Assembly: GCA_902384455.1 (NCBI GenBank) | Contig: CABMCB010000018.1 | Location: 19,008 to 83,007, forward strand | Source of the DNA: an uncultured archaeon | Lineage (GTDB): Archaea; Altiarchaeota; Altiarchaeia; IMC4; SCGC-AAA252-I15 | DNA length: 64,000 nt | Direction: 5' to 3' | Shown: positions 42,587-52,398 of the stretch, piece after piece | Numbering within the stretch: the first letter of the stretch is position 1 | Layout: each line of letters starts with the position of its first letter | The notes under the pieces: model-generated | Database searches by the model: none | Seen by the model: only the letters and a program-made list of their open reading frames with translations | What the model was told of the DNA's origin: nothing | Made by a program: the position numbers and the translations under genes

Positions 42587-43837
42587 TTACTCGGGTTTCC
42601 GAACCACCACAATTGTCTCCCTCACAGGTCTTTCTTTTGTGATTCCGTGTACGTCGCACCAGCGTGCGTTTGCTACAAGCAGTGCTTCTGGCTTGAGGCC
42701 TGCGTTTTTTGCTAGTTCTGCGAGTATTGTGTCTACGTCTACTGTTTGGTTTGGTAGGCAGGCGTTTCCTACGACGAGGCTTGCGGGTGCGCCGGGTGCT
42801 AGTGTGCGGGATATCTCCTTGAGGACGCGGTACATGTCTGTGAAGTATCCTTCTATTACTTGGGGGTTGTGTGTTTTGGTTTCGGGTATGTTTCTGGATT
42901 TTTCTATGACTTCGGTTACGAGGGGTAGGGGTGGCATGTTTTTTTCGTGGGCTTCTGCGTTGACGTGGCTTTTGAGGCTTTTTTTGCGGTAGCTTTTGAG
43001 TTCTCCTCCGTCTCCGACAAGCAGTGCGAGTTCTAGGGCGTATAGTTTGGTATAGTCCACGTAGTTTAGGTAGGGTGGGCTTGTTATGCAGGCGCCAAAT
43101 GAGTTGTCTTCAGCAGGTAGGGCGCGGGCGTCCGCTACTTCGGCGCGGGATTCCGGACCTTCTTTTATGTGTTCTATGTCTCGTTGCATATGCTTTAGTT
43201 TCTGCTTCAACAGGTGTCTGACTGGCGGAAGGTGTTGTTTTTCCTTGATTTTTAGTACGCCTCCATCGCGCTTGAGGTTGCTTGATTGGAGCGCGATTGA
43301 GATGAGTGCGAGCATCATGAAGTTGCGGATTTTTTCGTCTTCGACGGCGAGTATTCTTTCTCGGAAGAACATTAGGTCTTCGCGGGCGTAGCGTCCTACT
43401 GCGCGGTGTGTGTCTAGGAAGTCTATTCTGGGGAATTTTTGTGTGGGTGTGCCGAATTTGACGGATAGTAGTTTGCGGCATTCGTCGGCTAGTTTTGTTG
43501 TGTCGTATCCTGTTTGTAGTTTTGTGTTTGCGACGAAGACGCCGAGCGGCAGTATGTCTGTTCCAACGGAGGGAAATCCTGCGTCGCGGGAGGCGAGTAG
43601 TGTTGTTCCTGTGCCGCAGAATGGGTCGAGCACGGGTAGGTTTGCGGTTGGGGGGTATTCTTTTAGTAGGGTTGTGACGAGGTTTGGGCTGTATCCTTCT
43701 TTGTAGTAGAACCAGCGGTGTAGGGGTATTTGTTTGTTTTCTTGGAATGTAACTTGGCTTTCGAGGTCGAATCTGGGTGTGAGTAGTTTTTCGTATTCTG
43801 ATTTTTTGGCGAGGCTTTCCAGTAGTAGGTTGCGCAT
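42587..43837 (-). CDS. DNA amino-methyltransferase (probably N4-cytosine; motif I precedes SPPY)
   Basis: HRWFYYKEGYS, DPFCGTGTT (SAM-binding), ITSPPY (catalytic). Confidence 0.85.
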   Translation of the reverse strand: MRNLLLESLAKKSEYEKLLTPRFDLESQVTFQENKQIPLHRWFYYKEGYSPNLVTTLLKEYPPTANLPVLDPFCGTGTTLLASRDAGFPSVGTDILPLGVFVANTKLQTGYDTTKLADECRKLLSVKFGTPTQKFPRIDFLDTHRAVGRYAREDLMFFRERILAVEDEKIRNFMMLALISIALQSSNLKRDGGVLKIKEKQHLPPVRHLLKQKLKHMQRDIEHIKEGPESRAEVADARALPAEDNSFGACITSPPYLNYVDYTKLYALELALLVGDGGELKSYRKKSLKSHVNAEAHEKNMPPLPLVTEVIEKSRNIPETKTHNPQVIEGYFTDMYRVLKEISRTLAPGAPASLVVGNACLPNQTVDVDTILAELAKNAGLKPEALLVANARWCDVHGITKERPVRETIVVVRKPE

Positions 43838-43878
43838 TGTCCTTATCTTCTTGCGTGAAAGTCTATAAGGAGAGGAGT

Positions 43879-44742
43879 ATGTTTTGGCTTACGAGGTTTG
43901 ATGCTTTGCGCCTGCTTGCGGCGAGGAGGGCTTGTGTGCCGTATGCTGAGGTTTCTTTGGATTTGGGTATGACTCGTTCGGTCGTTGATATGGAGGATGC
44001 GGGTGTTTCGCTTCCTGGGGGTGTGGTTGTCGGTTGGGATGAGGTTGAGGCGATTTCGACCTCCGTTTTGTGTCATACTGTTGAGGATGGCGTCGTCTAT
44101 AAGGCGCAGTTTTTCGCGGCGGACACTAACAGGATGTACCGTCTTATCGCGTCCAAGGAGGGTTGTCCTCCGACCGCGGAGATTGGTAGTGTGCGGATGC
44201 ATCGCGTCAAGGAGATGGATCCTTGGACTGACGCGCGAATGAAAGTTCAGGAGGTTACGCCTGTTTTTGGGCGATGCCTTGATACTTGCACTGGCCTTGG
44301 TTATTCGGCGATTAATTTGGTTGATGCTGGTGCGGCGGAGGTTGTTACTGTGGAGCGCGACCCTAATATGGTCAAACTTCAGGACGTGAACCCGTGGAGT
44401 GCGGGACTGAATAATTTGCGGGTCAAGAGGGTTGAGGGAGATGTTTCCTGCGTCATAAAGACTTTCGGTGACGCGTCGTTTAGCCGTGTTCTGCATGATC
44501 CGCCGCGGGTTAGTCTTGCGGGGGAATTGTATGGCCGCGTTTTTTATGGCGATTTGTTTAGGGTGCTTTTGCCGGGCGGTTTTTTGTATCATTACGTTGG
44601 TTCTCCGGGGAACAAGTATCGCGGTAGGAATGCTGTGCGCGGCGTCATTGATAGGCTGAAAGAGGCGGGTTTTTCTGATGTGAGGGAGGTTTCGGCTGCG
44701 TTGGGTGTTGTTGCGAGAAAGGATGGTTTTGTGCGCGGATGA
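43879..44742 (+). CDS. SAM-dependent methyltransferase (archaeal COG2521-like)
   Basis: MHR, LDTCTGLGYSA, NPWS, HDPPR...AGELY, YHYVGSPG. Confidence 0.85.
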   Translation: MFWLTRFDALRLLAARRACVPYAEVSLDLGMTRSVVDMEDAGVSLPGGVVVGWDEVEAISTSVLCHTVEDGVVYKAQFFAADTNRMYRLIASKEGCPPTAEIGSVRMHRVKEMDPWTDARMKVQEVTPVFGRCLDTCTGLGYSAINLVDAGAAEVVTVERDPNMVKLQDVNPWSAGLNNLRVKRVEGDVSCVIKTFGDASFSRVLHDPPRVSLAGELYGRVFYGDLFRVLLPGGFLYHYVGSPGNKYRGRNAVRGVIDRLKEAGFSDVREVSAALGVVARKDGFVRG

Positions 44743-44760
44743 TTCTATTGTCTGCCTGCG

Positions 44761-45336
44761 TCACTTTAGTTTCATTTTTGTGATTTCGGGTTCTTTTGGT
44801 GGTTCGAGGGGTTCTTCTTTTTCTACGAGTTTCAGCTGGCCTTTTGTTATTAGTTTGTTTGGGTCTTCTATGTGGAAGTATTGGCGGAATTTTGGCGTCG
44901 TGTATATTTCCTTTGTTTTTCCTTTTTTGCGCCGTAGTATCAGCTCCATTTCTTCTAGCCGGTCTAGGTAGGTGTATGTTCTGTTGCCGCGTAGTTTTAC
45001 TAGGGCGGATTGTATCATGGGTTCTTCCACTGCGATTATGGCGAGCACTTTGAGCATTGCCTGGGGCATGTCTGTTTCCGTGATGAGGTGGGATACTTTG
45101 CCGTCTAGGTCGCTTCTGACTCGCATCGAGTAGGCGTCTTCGTTGCTGATTATTTCTATGCCTGACTGGCGGGTGATGTATTCTAGTTTGAGTTCTTCCA
45201 GGAGGCGGACTGCTTGGGGTTTGGTTAGCTGAGCGAGGTCTGCTATCTCCTTTAGGGTTATGGGCTCTGCGGATGAGAATAAGGCCGCTTCTAGTGTGGC
45301 TTTGGCGTTTGGGTTTGTGGGGTGTTCTTCTTGCAT
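44761..45336 (-). CDS. scpB: SMC-Scp complex subunit ScpB
   Basis: LEAALFSSAEP, LKVLAIIA, LVKLRG, TTPKFRQYF. Confidence 0.9.
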   Translation of the reverse strand: MQEEHPTNPNAKATLEAALFSSAEPITLKEIADLAQLTKPQAVRLLEELKLEYITRQSGIEIISNEDAYSMRVRSDLDGKVSHLITETDMPQAMLKVLAIIAVEEPMIQSALVKLRGNRTYTYLDRLEEMELILRRKKGKTKEIYTTPKFRQYFHIEDPNKLITKGQLKLVEKEEPLEPPKEPEITKMKLK

Positions 45337-45363
45337 TTCTTTGTATATGCTGGTAGGTTGGGG

Positions 45364-45951
45364 TTATATTGTTGCGTGTCGGAGTGAAAAAAGTAGGAGT
45401 TCTTCCATAAAGAGTTTTTTCTTGGCGGTGATTCTTGCGGTGAGTTTGTTTGCTTTGGCTGCGGCTCTTATGCGTTTTATGTTTCCGTGGTTGCTTGCGA
45501 CTAGCATTATTCGCCCGTTTCTTTTCAGGTGGGCGGGCGTCTGGTTTAGGAATTTTTCTATTACGTCGGTCCCTTCTTTTCCTCCGCTCCATGCTAAGCC
45601 GGCTTTGTCGTATTCTTCCGCGGGCAGGTAGGGTGCGTTGAATAGTATCAGGTCGAATTTTTCCGGGATTTTTTGGAATAGGTTTGTTGTTCGGAATTCT
45701 ATGTTCATGATTTTGTTTTTTGCCGCGTTTTTTCTTGCGCATTTTATTGCGTCTGGGTTTACGTCGGCGGCAACGACGCAGAAGGCTTTTTGCGCGGAGA
45801 TAAGCGCCTGTATTCCAGAACCTGTTCCCATGTCCAAGACAGAGTCTTTTCTGCGGGGATTGACGTGCTGGGCCAACAGAAAACTGTCTTCCTGGGGCTC
45901 GTAAACCGTGGGGTCGACTTCGAGGGTTAGGTTTTGGAAATAAATAGCCAT
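45364..45951 (-). CDS. HemK2/Mtq2-family protein methyltransferase
   Basis: VYEPQEDSFLL, LDMGTGSG, FNAPY, WSGG. Confidence 0.9.
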   Translation of the reverse strand: MAIYFQNLTLEVDPTVYEPQEDSFLLAQHVNPRRKDSVLDMGTGSGIQALISAQKAFCVVAADVNPDAIKCARKNAAKNKIMNIEFRTTNLFQKIPEKFDLILFNAPYLPAEEYDKAGLAWSGGKEGTDVIEKFLNQTPAHLKRNGRIMLVASNHGNIKRIRAAAKANKLTARITAKKKLFMEELLLFSLRHATI

Positions 45952-45972
45952 TGTTCGTATGTGTTGTTGAGT

Positions 45973-46836
45973 ATGGCGTGGGAGAGTTTATACGTGGAGA
46001 GGAATCTCGTCTTGGAGAATTCCTGCGACTTGAAGAATGCGTCGTCCGCTTTTTTGGGCGTGCCCTTCGACGGAACCGCTTCGTTTAGGCCGGGCTCCCG
46101 TTTCGGCCCTCTTGCTGTTAGGCGCATGCTTTTGGAGATGGAGAAGGAGACTTCTTCTGGGGATTTTTTTAAGGCGGGCTTTTTTGATGTTGGCAACGTT
46201 GCTGTCGTGCCGGGTAATGCGGAGAAGACTTTGGGTTTTGTCGAGGACGTTTTGAAGGGTGTTGTTGCCGAGAATTCGAACGTTAAGTTTTTGGTTGCTG
46301 GCGGGGAGCATCTCGTGTCTTTGCCGGCGGTCAGGGTTTTGTCTGAGGGGTATAGGGGTCTTCAGGTTGTCAGCGTTGATGCTCATGCGGATTTGAGAAA
46401 TGACTTTATGGGCGAGCGCTTAAGCCATGCGTCTGTTATGCGGCGTATCCACGAGTTGAATGTGGGCGTGCATCTTGCGGGAGTCAGAAGTGCAAGCAAG
46501 GATGAGGCGGAATACATTCGCAGGAATCATTTGAGCAATTACGGCCCTGAGGAAGTAGAGTCTCTTGCGAAGAAAATTAAGGGCAAACCAGTGTATTTGT
46601 CGGTGGACATCGACGTTTTGGACCCAGGCTGCGCCCCGGGCGTTGGGACGCCTGAAGCGGACGGCTGGATGTTCAATGAACTGAGGAGCTTCGTCTGGGA
46701 GATTCTTTCCAATACCGAAGTCGTAGGATTCGACGTCACAGAAGTGTGTCCGCCCTACGACGCAGGAGACGCGACAGCGCTAGCTGCCGCCCGCCTGTTT
46801 ATGGATGCTGCTTTGTCTATGAAGCGCAGGAAGTAG
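45973..46836 (+). CDS. speB: Agmatinase (arginase family)
   Basis: GVPFDGTASFRPGSRFGP, GGEH, DAHAD, SVDIDVLDP, APGVGTP. Confidence 0.92.
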   Translation: MAWESLYVERNLVLENSCDLKNASSAFLGVPFDGTASFRPGSRFGPLAVRRMLLEMEKETSSGDFFKAGFFDVGNVAVVPGNAEKTLGFVEDVLKGVVAENSNVKFLVAGGEHLVSLPAVRVLSEGYRGLQVVSVDAHADLRNDFMGERLSHASVMRRIHELNVGVHLAGVRSASKDEAEYIRRNHLSNYGPEEVESLAKKIKGKPVYLSVDIDVLDPGCAPGVGTPEADGWMFNELRSFVWEILSNTEVVGFDVTEVCPPYDAGDATALAAARLFMDAALSMKRRK

Positions 46837-46846
46837 TTGTTTTGTC

Positions 46847-49317
46847 TTAGTCTCTTACCCAGCGGGCTATTCCTTCAAGTACGAAGTGCCCTTCCCACGT
46901 TGGGTCTGCAACTCTGCGTATTCCTTGGGCTAGGCGTTTTTGAGTTTGTAGTTCAGTGGTGTTTTCGCATTGGGGTTCCTCGCCCGTGAGGAGGAAGCGC
47001 CCCATGTTTATGTGTGCGTTTTCGTCTGCTATTGGACCCATTATTGAGACGGATAGCCATTGGATTCCGTCTTGTTCAGAGATTATTTCTTGGGAGCGCC
47101 TTGTTACAGTAACTTGGTGGTTTGGTTGGGTCAGGTATTCGCGCAGTTCCCGCCGGGCCTCCAGGCGTACTCTGCTGCTTACTGTGTGGGCTGCGAGCGC
47201 TAAGTAGGTTGTTGCGGTGGGGTTTTGGTCGTGTAGTTGGCGTATCACGGGTATAGAGCTTTCTTCGCCCATGTTGGCTAGCACGTGGAGGATGCTGTCC
47301 CGCTCTTCTGGGCGGGTGTCTGGTTGGGTTAGCACATCAAGTAGCAGAGGTGTCGACAGAGGGTTGTCGTAGGCTTCAAGGCCTTTTGCAGCCCATGTTC
47401 GGCAGAGGGGTTGGCGTAGTGTTTCTCTGAATATGCGTTCTATTGGTTCGTCGGCGAATGCTGTTGTTTGTGTTTGTTCGTCTTGTGTGTCTTGGGCGTG
47501 TACTATGTTTGAGAGGGCTCTTACTATTGCTGGGACTCTTTTTTCGTATGGCTCTAGTGTTTCGTCGGCTGTTTTGGCCCTCTCGTATGCGGTTGCTAGT
47601 ATGTCTTTGGCTTGGGGTCCTCCTATTGTTTGTACTGCTTCTGCTGCGCTGTTTGCTACGTGTCCTTCTGGGTCTGTAAGCAGAGGGGATAGGTGGGGTA
47701 GGGCGTCTGCTGTGGGGTTGGCGGTGAAGAAGTGGACTGCCGTGTTTCTTACGTCTGCTGCTTCGTCGGCTAGTAGGTCGCGCATTTCCCTGTATATTAT
47801 CGGTCTGTTGGCTTCTGTGACTGATGTGTGGAGTAGGCCTTCTGCTGCTGCTTCTCTTTCTTTTTGGGGGCCGTTTGTTAGTATCTGGTGTATTTTGCGA
47901 GTGCGGGGTATATTGTGTCTTCTGTTGTTGGTCCTATTGTTGCTATTGTTTTTATGAGGTTGTTTCTTGTTTCGGGGTCTGTTTCTGTGTCTAGGTGGGC
48001 AAGGAGTGTGTTGAATGCGCTGTTTCTTATTGTTTCTGCTGTTTGGCGTTTGTGTCTGGCGTCTGTTTCCGCGGGTATTACTCCGATTATTAGGGGGAAG
48101 CCGAGTATGCCTTCTTGTGGTTTGCTGCATGCGTATGAGCTCATTCTGGCTATTGCTGCTGTCGCTGTTCTTCTTAGGTTTATGTCTGTTTGGTCGTCTG
48201 CCGCGAGGGCGGCTAGTTGGGGTATGTGCGTTCTGTTTGTTGTGTTTTGGATGGCGTCGAGTATTGTTCTGCGGTATTCTGGGGGGTTGGATGCTGTTTG
48301 TGGGGGGTTTCTGTATTCGGCAGTGAGTATGTCGAGTGCTTCTGGCGTTCTCATTGACGCTATTGTTCTTGCTGCCTCTCTGCGTAGGCCTCTTTTGTCG
48401 TGGTCTTCGCTTGATGCTGTTTCCCGTAGTACTGTTGTAAGTTGAGGTATGCTTTCTGCGTCTCTGAGCATGCCTATCATTCTTATGCCGTTGGAACATA
48501 TGTGAGGGTCTTCAGAGGTTAATTGCGCGCGGGCTATTGAGGCGGCGGCTGAAGCCATCTCGTCGGTTACTCGCGCCTCAGCCACGAAACGATGTTTGGG
48601 TAGGTATCTGTGGTAGTACAGTTGGAATAGTGTTTCATCATGGCGTATGCCCATGGTTTCTTGGGTGCTGTATCTTTCCGCAATCATGTATGCGGAGTTG
48701 CTTACGGATCGTTCTCTGTCGGAATTAAGCCCGCTCCGCTGGTCTTCCGTAAGCGGTGCGCCGCCTGCTTCCACAACGTCCGTTTCATACGAACGCTGTA
48801 TTAGAGCCATATGAGTCTGATTTCGTATAGGAAGCCCTTCTCTTGCCATTTCGAGTAAGAGGTGTGTTGCTGTGCTTCTCACGTGGGCGTCAGGATCGTT
48901 CACCATGCTCCATGCGGCGATGTCGGCAACATCGTGCATCAGGTCCACCCAGGGACGGAAGACTTGTTCCCTATAGTCTGTTGAATGTGTATGTAGGCCT
49001 TGTTGTCTGAGGGTGGTTTCGACGGAGTCTATTGCGATTTCTATTCGGCGGTCGTCCATTACCTGTTTTATGAGTTGCATGTCGCGGCCAAGAGGTATGC
49101 TTAATGCGTGGTCTATCAGTTGATTTCGGTATTCCGGCTTGGACGATAGCGCGTTCGTGCCGGGGTTTGTTGTTGTGAGGCCTGTTTTTATTGCGGTTAG
49201 GGTTCTTCTTTGGTCTAAGACTAGGGTTAGCAGGGAGTTTTCTTCTCCTGCGGGGAATTGATGTAGGTTGTCTTCGTGTCTTCTGTTGTCTCCGTGGGGG
49301 AAGGGGGGTAGTTCCAT
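46847..49317 (-). pseudogene. HEAT/PBS-lyase repeat protein split by an apparent frameshift near 47895
   Basis: The 479-aa ORF (49317-47878) continues in another frame with further HEAT repeats (DVRNTAV, VANSAAEAV) down to 46847. Confidence 0.6.
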
Positions 49318-49438
49318 GCGCGCACCTATGTATTATACTGAGCATTACGAAGTTAAGACGGTAGGTACTGTGAAGCTTTTTGACTCACTTTTCTTGGGCG
49401 GGGACGGCGTTAATGTTAGGCGGCCGTCTTTGGATAAT

Positions 49439-51301
49439 GTGGATTTTTTTCCTTATCCTGTGGTGCGTGGTGGTCAGAAGGCTTTTTTGGGTGATGTTGA
49501 GGAGGTTGTGCGTGATGGGGGTTTTTTGTTTGCGCATGCGCCCACTGGTATTGGTAAGACTGCGGCTGCTTTGGCTCCCTCTTTGAAGGATGCGCTTGGG
49601 AATAATCGCACCGTCTTTTTTTTGACGCCTAAGCATACGCAGCATAGGGTTGTTGTTGAGACTTTGCAGGCGGTTAAGAGGAGGTATAAGGTTGATGTGA
49701 CTGTGGTGGACATTGTGGGTAAGCAGTGGATGTGTCCTCATGAGGTCCAGAATTTGGATAGCAGGGAGTTTAATGAGTATTGCCGCATCCAGAAGAGGGA
49801 GGAGGTTTGCAGGGAGTACGTTAATACGGGCCGCGTGGTGGGGAAGCAGTCTGAAGCCATGAAGAAGGCGGTTGGTGCGGTGAAGAAGGAGCCTTTGCAT
49901 AATGAGGATGTTTTGCGCGTCTGCGGGGAGTGCGGTGTTTGTCCGTATGAGGTTTGCGTTGATGTGGTGCGGGATGCGCATCTTGTGATTTGCGATTATT
50001 ATCATCTTTTTTCTGAGGGTGTGCGGAAGGCTTTTTTGGGTAAGGCGGGTAAGCGTCTTTCGCAGGCGACTTTCATTGTTGATGAGGCGCATAATCTTCC
50101 TGAGAGAATTAGGAGTTTGCAGAGCGTTTCGGTTTCCGGCTTCGTTTTGAAGAATGCTGCGAAGGAGGCGGGCGTCTTGGGGCGTTTTAATTTGCAGGAT
50201 GAGGCGGTTATGGTTGAGGAGCTTCTTAGGTCTGCGGGCAAGAGGATGCGTGAGGGCGACGAGAGGTTTGTTGAGGGGGATGCTTTTGTTTCTGCTGTCG
50301 AGAAGACGACTGGACGGAAGATTGAGGATTTCAGGGAGGATCTTGATGCGACTGGCGAGGAGGTCCTTAAGATGCCCAGGCGCTTCCGCTCGTACTGTAA
50401 GACGGCGGCTACTTTCATTGACGCTTGGCTTGGGGAGGACGTGGGTTACGCGCGAATATTGAGGCGCACTAAGGATGACCACCGTCTGTCTTACCAGTGT
50501 TTAGACCCAAGTTTGTCTGCAAGCAAAGTGTTCGACGGGATTCACGCCGCAGTTTTCATGAGCGGCACGCTTCTTCCCCTTGAAATGTACGCTGACGTTT
50601 TGGGGGTCGCCGAGAAGAAGACTCGTCTTAGGGCTTATCCTTCGCCTTTTCCGCCGGAAAACAGGCTTGTGCTTTCAGTCCCGTTCGTCACGACACAATA
50701 CAAGAAGAGGACGCCCGCGATGTTCCAGAAAATAGCCGACGTGATAAAAGAGTCCGTCGCGGTCGTCCCAGGAAACGTCGCAATATTCTACCCCGCATAC
50801 CACCTGATGCAGACGGTTCAAGGCTTACTCGACGGGAAACTTAGTAAGCCGGTTTTCATTGAACGTCAGGACATGACCAAGAAGGAACGCCACGACCTTT
50901 ACCGCCGCCTGATTGACGCAAAGGAAAAAGGCGGGGCTGTGCTTGCGGGAGTGCAGGCGGGAAGCCTGTCTGAAGGTGTCGATTATCCCGGAGTGCTTGA
51001 CGCCGTCATAGTCGTAGGGCTTCCTCTTGAGACGCCGGACCTTGAAACAAAATCTTTAATCAACTACTACGACGTGAAATTCAAGCGCGGATGGGACTAC
51101 GGATACATCTACCCCGCAGTAAACCGCGCCTTGCAAGCCGCCGGCCGCTGCATCAGGAGCGAAACGGATAGGGGCGCGATTCTTCTTCTTGATGAGCGTT
51201 TCAGCTGGAAGAATTATAGCAAGTGTTTTCCGCCGGATTATAATTTCACGGTCGCACAAAAGCCGGCTGAGCAGCTTAAGAGATTCTTCGCAAGCAAATA
51301 G
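49439..51301 (+). CDS. xpd: XPD/Rad3-family Fe-S DNA helicase
   Basis: Q motif, APTGIGKT, Cys cluster, DEAH, SGTL, SEGVDY, QAAGRCIR; start uncertain (GTG 49439 or TTG 49430). Confidence 0.92.
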   Translation: MDFFPYPVVRGGQKAFLGDVEEVVRDGGFLFAHAPTGIGKTAAALAPSLKDALGNNRTVFFLTPKHTQHRVVVETLQAVKRRYKVDVTVVDIVGKQWMCPHEVQNLDSREFNEYCRIQKREEVCREYVNTGRVVGKQSEAMKKAVGAVKKEPLHNEDVLRVCGECGVCPYEVCVDVVRDAHLVICDYYHLFSEGVRKAFLGKAGKRLSQATFIVDEAHNLPERIRSLQSVSVSGFVLKNAAKEAGVLGRFNLQDEAVMVEELLRSAGKRMREGDERFVEGDAFVSAVEKTTGRKIEDFREDLDATGEEVLKMPRRFRSYCKTAATFIDAWLGEDVGYARILRRTKDDHRLSYQCLDPSLSASKVFDGIHAAVFMSGTLLPLEMYADVLGVAEKKTRLRAYPSPFPPENRLVLSVPFVTTQYKKRTPAMFQKIADVIKESVAVVPGNVAIFYPAYHLMQTVQGLLDGKLSKPVFIERQDMTKKERHDLYRRLIDAKEKGGAVLAGVQAGSLSEGVDYPGVLDAVIVVGLPLETPDLETKSLINYYDVKFKRGWDYGYIYPAVNRALQAAGRCIRSETDRGAILLLDERFSWKNYSKCFPPDYNFTVAQKPAEQLKRFFASK

Positions 51302-51359
51302 GAGTTCGCCAACTGCTACGTATTGAGTGAAGCAGGCCTTACGGTTTAGTTTAGTGGGG

Positions 51360-52244
51360 TTATGTGGAGGGGTAATTCCCGGTGAACACTTCGGCTGCCG
51401 GCCCTATTAGGTAGACTCGGACGATATTATTTTTCTCCACTTTGAATTCTACTGTTATGTCTCCGCCTCTTGCGTGGAATAGTATAGGGCGCGTGGGGTC
51501 TGATTTTTTGAGCAGCACTGACGCTACGGCTGAGGCGCATATGCCGGTGCCGCACGCGAGCGTTTCGTCTTCGACTCCGCGTTCGTATGTGCGAATCTTA
51601 TATTCGTTTTTCCCCACCTGCTGTATGGCGTGGACGTTGACTCCCTTGGGCCAGACCGTCGTCGTGTAACGTACGGCTGCGCCGGCTTTCCTTATGTCAT
51701 AGGATTCTGCGTCGTCAGTTTCCACTATCGCGTGGGGGTTGCCCATTCCTACGGCTGTGACTTTGAATGTGCCGGATTTGGTTTTCACGGGCTCGTTCAC
51801 GGCAGGTGTTGTTGATTCGCCTTGAGTCATTTGAGCGTCGCCGCGCCTGATTTGCGGCGGCCCCATGTCTACTTTGACTGCTGTGACCAGTCCGCCTTTC
51901 ACAGTGAGGTTGAGGATTTTGATTCCCGCCCGGGTGTTCGCCCTGATTGTTTCTTTGCGCACCAGCCCGTGTTCGTACAGGTATTTCGCGAAGCAGCGTA
52001 TTCCGTTTCCGCACATTTCGGCGGTGCTTCCGTCGCTGTTGTAGTAGTTGAAGAAAGCGTCCGCTGAGTTGTCGCCGTTTTTTTGGACGAATACTGCTCC
52101 GTCTGCGCCTACTCCGAAGTGGCGGTCGCATACTGAGGCGACGAAGTCCTTCTTCTTTTTTTCAGGCACGACTTCGTGCCCCCACTCTTCAATGAACACG
52201 AAGTCATTGCCTGCTCCGTGCATCTTGGTGAATTTTACGTTCAT
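51360..52244 (-). CDS. dapF: Diaminopimelate epimerase
   Basis: KMHGAGNDF, EMCGNGIRC, GNPH, ERGVEDETLACGTG. Confidence 0.95.
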   Translation of the reverse strand: MNVKFTKMHGAGNDFVFIEEWGHEVVPEKKKKDFVASVCDRHFGVGADGAVFVQKNGDNSADAFFNYYNSDGSTAEMCGNGIRCFAKYLYEHGLVRKETIRANTRAGIKILNLTVKGGLVTAVKVDMGPPQIRRGDAQMTQGESTTPAVNEPVKTKSGTFKVTAVGMGNPHAIVETDDAESYDIRKAGAAVRYTTTVWPKGVNVHAIQQVGKNEYKIRTYERGVEDETLACGTGICASAVASVLLKKSDPTRPILFHARGGDITVEFKVEKNNIVRVYLIGPAAEVFTGNYPST

Positions 52245-52321
52245 TTTCGTTTTTCTTTTCGTCAACGTTTTCTTTTCCTAAAAGAAAAGGTTGTCACGAA
52301 GTCATTGCCTGCTCCGTGCAT
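52197..52321. repeat. 27-bp direct repeat (dapF codons MHGAGNDFV) flanking a 35-bp imperfect palindrome
   Basis: cacgaagtcattgcctgctccgtgcat at 52197-52223 and 52295-52321; gtcaacgttttctttt-cct-aaaagaaaaggttgtc at 52261-52295. Confidence 0.9.
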
Positions 52322-52351
52322 TTTTACGAAGGGGACGTTTATGGAACTCAT
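52262..52351 (-). pseudogene. Truncated alternative dapF N-terminus (MSSINVPFVKMHGAGNDFV..., then stop)
   Basis: ATG 52351 opens a dapF-like peptide that diverges into the palindrome and stops at TGA 52264-52262. Confidence 0.75.
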
Positions 52352-52398
52352 CGTACCTTATTTTATTCAGGCAGACAATAAAAGAGGGGGGAATCAAC

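Noticed and set aside
44645-45742. Long Arg/Gln/His-rich alternative-frame ORFs (also 1213-1959, 49385-50482 and the N-terminal part of 46847-48499)
   Set aside because: Shadow ORFs caused by A/C-rich, T-poor strands that lack stop codons; they overlap well-supported genes
52165-52180. Small palindrome GGCACG-ACTT-CGTGCC inside dapF
   Set aside because: 6-bp stem within coding sequence; no evidence it belongs to the nearby insertion
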